From Octopus sinensis (Eukaryota), in assembly GCF_006345805.1 (NCBI RefSeq), contig NW_021825160.1, positions 1 to 16,483 on the forward strand: a DNA stretch of 16,483 bases, in the 5' to 3' direction. Positions 10,597-16,483 of this stretch are shown here, one piece after another. The notes beneath the pieces were generated by a model, which searched no databases, was not told the DNA's origin, and saw only the letters and a list, made by a program, of their open reading frames with translations. Each line of letters opens with the position of its first letter. The stretch's first letter is position 1. A program made the position numbers and the translations under genes.

Positions 10597-10652
10597 TATC
10601 TATCTATCTATCTATCTATCATCTATCTATCTATCCATCCATCCATCCATCC

Positions 10653-10694
<42 letters not shown>

Positions 10695-10748
10695 ATATAT
10701 ATATATATATATATATATCTACCTACCTACCTACCTACCTACCTCTCA

Positions 10749-10819
<71 letters not shown>

Positions 10820-10930
10820 CATCCATCCATCCATCTATCTATCTATCTATCCATCCATCCATCCATCTATCTACTATCTATCTATCTACTATCTATCTAT
10901 CTATCTACCTACCTACCTACCTACCTCTCC

Positions 10931-10969
<39 letters not shown>

Positions 10970-11051
10970 CATCCTCCATCCATCTCTATCTATCTATCTA
11001 TCCATCATCCATCCATCCATCCATCATCTTCTATCTATCACTATCTATCTA

Positions 11052-11084
<33 letters not shown>

Positions 11085-11105
11085 CCTACTTCTATCTATC
11101 TATCT
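10597..11105. repeat. Compound (CTAT)n/(CCAT)n/(CTAC)n/(TA)n microsatellite between copies B and C
   Basis: Direct inspection. Confidence 0.97.
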
Positions 11106-12204
11106 ATGGCACCGCGAGTGTCGCGTTGCTCTCAAGCAACTCTGCCGTCCTGGGTCGACCTTAAGTGACTTCAACACAACCAAAGCATTCTATAGGGGTT
11201 TATATAGGGGAGGTACGACGACGAGCTCGGGGCGAACCTGGACGTCGACGAGGAGTAACCCTGACCCCCTGTTCGGGACGACTTTCGGTCCAGGGCCCAT
11301 GGACAACTTCCAGAGATCCCTGGCCTGGCATGCTACCGAGAAGGCTACCCGTTCGGGATAAGCTCTACAGACACGGCTCGAGAACACGGGCCGACCTCTG
11401 CCAGATGCGGTCAGAGCGACGAAACCGTTCTGCACGCACTCGTTCAGTGTCCAACATTTCCCGACCTGTGGGCTTATGTCGAACAACTGCTGTCACGTGT
11501 GGGACGAGTCGGTTTATCAGCTGAGTCTATCGTCAATATTGTCACGCCCTCCTTCCTTCAAACGGGAAGGAAGAGCTATTTTCATCATCCTTGTGGCTAT
11601 GGCGAAAGAATGTATCTGGTGGACGCGTCTGAAAGGATTGGAGACAAACACTTTCCTCTCTGGTCAATCTCTCATCAACTTCTTCAAGTACCACTTGAAA
11701 AGGAAAGTGAGAGTAGAGAGGCAAGTTTTTGTCTAGCGAATGTTTTAAAAAAAGATGGGTGAATGTAGCAAGAATGGCACGTATGAATGACGAAGCCACC
11801 TTGAGTCCTATGAACCCAGAAATCGAAAACAAAGAGTTGCTTATTTGCAAAAAAAAAAAAAAAAAAAAAATATAAAATGTGACTTCATTGACCGAGGTTA
11901 CCGTGGTCTTTTCGCAGGCTTTTCTTTCCACGGTAAACCTCACCTGCCCTCCCCTTTACACTTCATATTGACATTTCTGTGATAACGATCCCTATTGATC
12001 ATTTTTTTTCCTCCCCCCCCCCCTTTTTTTTTTTTTTTTTTATAACCCCCCTTATTTTTGTCCTCTTTCTCTCCTTTTACGATCCCTTTGATCGAACCTC
12101 CCCCTTCCTTTTTTTTTTTCTTTTTTTTTAATTACCTTCAAAAAAAAGCTCTACCTTGTAATTTGTTCTATCTGTGTGCAGCCCTGTGTGCTAATAAAGA
12201 AACA
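11106..12204 (+). mobile_element. 5'-truncated copy C of the same Tx1-like family (C-terminal ORF2 including Zn finger, plus 3' UTR)
   Basis: Starts ATGGCACCGCGAGTGTCGCGTTGC, identical to copy B at 9585. Contains AGATGCGGTCAGAGCGACGAAACCGTTCTGCACGCACTCGT as in copy B. Ends GCCCTGTGTGCTAATAAAGAAACA then (ATCT)n. Confidence 0.93.
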
Positions 12205-12223
12205 ATCTATCTATCTATCTATC

Positions 12224-12254
<31 letters not shown>

Positions 12255-12269
12255 CCATCTATCTATCTA

Positions 12270-12330
<61 letters not shown>

Positions 12331-12362
12331 TCTATCTATCTATCTATCTATCTGTCTCTCTA
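12205..12362. repeat. (CTAT)n/(CT)n microsatellite, right boundary of the array
   Basis: Direct inspection. Confidence 0.95.
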
Positions 12363-12391
12363 TATCTAACTATCTCTATAGTTTTTAACTA

Positions 12392-12960
12392 TTTCGAAAC
12401 GAAACGTGGAATAAGTCAAACGGGGGAAACTGAAGAAGGGGAATATTTTTTATGTTGTATGTCTAGTTTCTCTGATTGTTTTTTTCGTTGTCTGAAAAAA
12501 GTTCGTTTCAATGTTTGTTTTTGCTTTTATGTTTTCGTTTCTCATTGTGTTCAACGTTTTTTTCATGCCCTATACCCATATATGCATGTGTATATGCATA
12601 TATATGTAGGTATGTACATATATGTATGTATATATGCATATATTTATATCATTATATGATCGAACGCCACGCATACATATACATTTATATATATATATAT
12701 ATATATTAATAAATAAAACATGCATATATATGTACATATATGTACCTACCTACCTCTACATGTATATATACACGCATATATGAGTACAGGACAACACAAA
12801 AACGTCGAACACAATGAGAAACGAAAACATAGACACAAACACAGGGAACTGGACATTTTTCTTAAACAACAAAAAAGGTACAGGACAAATAACACAAGGA
12901 AAAACCCCTTCTTCAGTCGCCATGGTTTCATCTACTCTGCGTTTCGAAGGTGAAGGCGAA
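12392..12960. mobile_element. Two related repeat fragments in inverted (tail-to-tail) orientation, Penelope-like pLTR candidates
   Basis: The + copy (about 12392-12680) and - copy (about 12960-12710) share CGAAAC...CTGAAGAAGGGG and an exact 25-mer TATGTTTTCGTTTCTCATTGTGTTC (12528-12552 versus 12831-12807). Confidence 0.6.
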
Positions 12961-13226
12961 TATATATATATATATATATATATAATGTACTGTTCCGTGA
13001 TAGATAATTCAACAAAAAATGTACGCTATCTGATGAGAGATAAATTATATATTCAAAGGTCACAATACATGTATAAAAGCTCTACTGAAGGTTTCGTATG
13101 TTGAAAAAATTCAAACATATACTTCAAACGGAAACCATATTTCCGTAGTTCGTTATGATAAGTGGTTTGCACCTGCAGAACATGTTTGAGTTTACTCAAC
13201 ATTGTGAACTTTGAATAATATATATA

Positions 13227-13739
13227 CTAGCAGTATCGCCCGGCGTTGCTCGGGTTTGTAAGGGAAATAATTATATAAGCATTTTTAGAGAGTTACTTCC
13301 CTTATAGATGCCAATTCGGGCTTTCTTAGCCATTTCTGTTTTGGTGTCTTCAAGCCATGAAGTCGTTGTTCTAAAAGAACGGTGGTCTCCTTGACAACGC
13401 TTTACGACGTTGATTTCCTTACACACCCTTCCCCACAGCTTCACGAGGGAGGGAAGAAGGGGGAGAAGCAAACAGGTGCAGCTGTGAGCGTGGACGCCAA
13501 CTCCGCCGCCATCGACATACGAAAAATTATGCATTAAAATGGAATAAAAAATGATGTTAAATTATTTTTAAAATCGTACACTCATCGTAGACGCGCGCTA
13601 ATACTCAGACGGGCTCGATATTAATCACGACTATAAGATATCCGAATTTGGTTAAACTGCACCGCAAAATGTGGGAGTAGTTAGGAATCTAAATTGAATG
13701 GGACAGACACTCACACAACTACAGTTTTATATATATAGA
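13227..13739 (-). mobile_element. Non-autonomous Helitron (513 bp)
   Basis: On the minus strand it begins 5'-TC (13739-13738) and ends CTAG-3' (13230-13227). A GC-rich hairpin CCCGAGCAACGCCGGG (13254-13239) lies just upstream of the end. It sits between host A and T in a (TA)n tract, with no RepHel coding sequence. Confidence 0.85.
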
Positions 13740-13772
13740 TATATATATATATATAAACCTTTTTGAACTCAT

Positions 13773-14168
13773 AATATTCTGTACGTGTATACCAATATTT
13801 ACAGAACTTTTTTAATAATTCCTTCTGGAAATTATCTTGAGAATGTATAATATATTTGTTGTAATCTTTTCTGCCCATTTTTTCAATGAGCTTGTTAAAC
13901 TTTTTATATTCTCAACATGCTCTTGTCACCAAAGAATGTATATTTATATGGATTGCAGTACTCTGTGTCAACCAATATTCTGTGCGTGCTTGAATATACA
14001 GATACAATACCAATGCCAACATCAATTCCTTCTGGAAACTATCTTAAGCATGTCCTTGAGAACGATTATTTTTGTAGTAATCTTTTGTGCCCAATATGTT
14101 AAGGATCTTATTGAACTTTTTTATGTCCATAACATGTCCCTGTTACCAATGACTGTATATATGTAATG
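13773..14168. repeat. Diverged tandem duplication, unit about 200-207 bp
   Basis: AATATTCTGT(A/G)CGTG at 13773 and 13974, AATTCCTTCTGGAAA at 13817 and 14024. GTAATCTTTT.TGCCCA and AACTTTTT...AACATG...TGT.ACCAA...TGTATAT are also repeated. Confidence 0.8.
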
Positions 14169-14299
14169 TAGCAATTTGTAACAACCCAATAATTAACGCA
14201 ACCAAACTTCCACATGGTACTTTTGACAATCTTTTCCAAAGAGTGAAACCGGTAAAGTAAATAAACATCTTTTAAATCGCATTTTCAAACCTTCTTTCG

Positions 14300-14332
<33 letters not shown>

Positions 14333-14480
14333 TATATATATAATTATATATATATATATAATATATATATATATATGCATGTAGATATATATATATCACA
14401 CCTGTGTTACTAATACATTTGTTTGTTGTCTACACCATCTGTCTTTTTTTTTTTTTTGAATCTTCCCCGGTGTATATACA

Positions 14481-14515
<35 letters not shown>

Positions 14516-14565
14516 ATATATATATAAGAATGTATAAAGATATATGCGAATTCTCCCCCTATATG

Positions 14566-14606
<41 letters not shown>
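14300..14606. repeat. Interrupted (TA)n microsatellite cluster
   Basis: Three TA runs separated by short non-repetitive pieces. Confidence 0.9.
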
Positions 14607-14909
14607 TGTTATTATTATTATCATTTTATTTTTACGTATTTTTGTATTCTTGTTCGTTCCTGTCCTTGTTTTGTATACATTCGAGGCTTTCTTCCAAGGA
14701 ATCTAATGCGCTTGGCTTAGATTTTCCTTTGGGGCTGGCCAGGTCGGAGCAATCTCAAGATTTATCAGCCGAAATTGCGAGGATGATCCGGTTCTTGACT
14801 GAAGATTGAAGGCTTCGAATGTCCCGTCCGTGTTTTTTGTATCGTCTTCTAAATGTTTTGCGTTCTTGTCCCAGTTTGAGTTTCTTTACATATACATATA
14901 TATATATAT

Positions 14910-15319
14910 CTTTTCTCTTTTCTCTTTTACTTGTTTCAGTCATTTTGACTGCGGCCATGCTGGAGCACCGGCTTTCGTCGAGCAAATCGACACCGGGACT
15001 TATCCTTTGTAAGCCCAGTACTTATTCTATCGGTCTCTTTGCCGAACCGCTAATTGACGGGACGTAAACACACCAGCATCGGTTTGTCAAGCAATGCTAG
15101 GGGACAAACACAGACACACAAACACACACATACACATATATATATATAGATATATACGACGGGCTTCTTTCAGTTTCCGTCTACCAATCCACTCACAAGG
15201 CATTGGTCGGCCCGGGGCTATAGTAGAAGACACTTGCCCAAGGTGCCACGCAGTGGGACTGAACCCGGAACCATGTGGTTGGTTAGCAAGCTACTTACCA
15301 CACAGCCACTCCTGGGCCT
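14910..15319 (-). mobile_element. Full-length tRNA-derived SINE (CORE-like body, internal TA/TG microsatellite, short A-rich repeat tail)
   Basis: Minus-strand A box TGGCTGTGTGG (15308-15298) and B box GGTTCAGTCCC (15265-15255), then ACCTTGGGCAAGTG. The 3' region GGTGCTCCAGCATGGCCGCAGTCAAAATGACTGAAACAAGTAAAAGAG is shared with three other copies in this window. Confidence 0.88.
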
Positions 15320-15320
15320 T

Positions 15321-15600
15321 ATAGTCTAGTTGATAGTCTGTTGCGCTCACGATTGAGAGATTCCCAGATCGGGCCTCGTGTTGTGATCTTATGCAAAGCA
15401 CTTCATTTCACGTTGCTCTGCCATCATTTTGTCGTCTGACCTGTGTCACGTGGTACACCTGTACAGGTAATCTCGATTTGATGGAGGGAGTGTGCTTACG
15501 CGAACAAGAACATTTGATCTCTATAACCGAATTATCTGTGTGTCTGTTCAGCAAGAAATTACCGAAACCACTTACGTTGTCTGAGGAGGGGAGACTCACC
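15321..15600 (+). mobile_element. Decayed SINE related to the head at 16379
   Basis: TAGTCTAGTTGATAG...CTCACGATTGAGAGA...CAGATCGGGC...GCAAAGCAC aligns by eye to TGGCCTAGTGGTTAG...CTCGCGATCGAGGGA...CAGACCGGGC...GCGAAAACAC, with the B box deleted. The 3' boundary is approximate. Confidence 0.6.
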
Positions 15601-15604
15601 ATGA

Positions 15605-16123
15605 TGCGTGTGTGTGTGTGTGAGCGTGTGTATGTGTGTACGTGTGTGTGTTTGTGTTTGCGTTTGTCTGCGTGTGTGCGTGTGTGTGTGAATGTGTGTG
15701 CTTGTGCGTGTGTGTGCATGTATGTGTGTGCGTGTGTGTGTTCGCGTGTGTAAGTGTGTGCATGAGTGTGTTTGTATTTGCGTGTGTCTGCGTGTGCGTG
15801 TGTGCGTGTGTGTGTGCAGGTGTGTGTGCATGTGTGTGTGTGCGTGTGCGTGTGTATGTGTGTACGTGTGTGTGTTCGCGTGTGTAAGTGTGTGCATGAG
15901 TGTGTTTGCGTTTGCGTGTGTCTGCGTGTGCGTGTGTGTGTGTGTGTGAGCGTGTGTTTGCATGTATGTGTGTACGTGTGTGTGTTCGCGTGTGTAAGTG
16001 TGTGCATGAGTGTGTTTGCGTTTGCGTGTGTCTGTGTGAACGTGTGTTCGTGTGTGTGTGCGTGTATGCGTGTATGCACGTGTGCGTGTGTGCGTGTGTG
16101 TGTGAATGTGTGTGCGTGTGTGT
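15605..16123. repeat. (GT)n-derived minisatellite
   Basis: TTCGCGTGTGTAAGTGTGTGCATGAGTGTGTTTG recurs at 15741, 15875 and 15985. Confidence 0.93.
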
Positions 16124-16378
16124 CTTTTATTCTTTTATTCTGTTACTTGTTTCAGTCATTTCGCTGCGGTCATACTGGAGCACAGCCTTGAAGGATTTTA
16201 GTCGAACAAATCGATCCCGGTAATTACGCATTTTTGACCCTAGTACTTATTCCATCGGTCTCTTTTGCCGATCTGCAAAGTTACAGGGATGTAAACACCA
16301 CATCAGCGGTCAAGCGACGGAAGGGGCAAACACAGACGCAAACACGCACTCACACAAATATACACATATGTATATATC
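16124..16378 (-). mobile_element. 3' half of the same SINE family (head missing)
   Basis: TTACTTGTTTCAGTCATTT...CTGGAGCAC...AGTACTTATTCCATCGGTCTCTTTTGCCGA...GTAAACAC aligns colinearly with 14927-15070. Confidence 0.85.
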
Positions 16379-16483
16379 GTGGAGGCACATGGCCTAGTGG
16401 TTAGAGCAGCAGTCTCGCGATCGAGGGATCACGGGTTCGAATCTCAGACCGGGCGATGTGTGTGTTTATGAGCGAAAACACCA
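16379..16483 (+). mobile_element. Head of a second tRNA-derived SINE family, running off the window end
   Basis: A box TGGCCTAGTGG (16390-16400), B box GGTTCGAATCT (16434-16444). No acceptor stem or terminator follows; it continues into SINE-like body. Confidence 0.8.

Noticed and set aside
10440-11168. 242-aa IYLS-repeat ORF and similar ORFs at 428-667, 3324-3653, 4205-4576 and 12058-12388
   Set aside because: Read-through of (CTAT)n or (TA)n. Only the ends that enter retrotransposon ORF2 are real coding remnants.
3491-12204. Copies A and C as LTRs flanking copy B
   Set aside because: They are ORF2 C-terminus plus 3' UTR of different lengths, are separated from B by microsatellite and lack TG...CA ends and a PBS. 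B encodes an APE-type non-LTR ORF2 with no integrase or protease.
13030-13060. CTGATGA hammerhead core word
   Set aside because: No stem II or GAAA partner at a suitable distance.
16379-16460. Possible tRNA gene (A and B boxes)
   Set aside because: No closing acceptor stem or poly-T terminator, and a related decayed copy lies at 15321, so it is a SINE head.

Overview
Repeat-dense, AT-rich eukaryotic DNA with no recognisable host gene. The SINE families and microsatellite load suggest an invertebrate, probably a coleoid cephalopod such as octopus (from memory of the families, not a database search). The centre (3365-12362) is a head-to-tail array of three copies of a Tx1/L1-group non-LTR retrotransposon, all on the + strand and each bounded on both sides by (CTAT)n/(GATA)n microsatellite. 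Copy A (3491-4224) and copy C (11106-12204) are 5'-truncated. Copy B (about 4525-10596) is apparently full length, with ORF1 carrying a CCHC knuckle and ORF2 carrying APE endonuclease, RT and a C-terminal Zn finger, broken mostly by 1-bp homopolymer deletions. The copies fall into two subfamilies (A and C versus B), lack poly(A) tails and share a covarying 3' UTR stem-loop, which points to a (GATA)n-targeting retrotransposon that regenerates its own target. The flanks hold tRNA-derived SINEs, a complete 513-bp non-autonomous Helitron, Penelope-like fragments with hammerhead-like motifs, a 54-bp palindrome and large (TA)n and (GT)n-derived satellites. Most ORFs in the supplied track are microsatellite artefacts.
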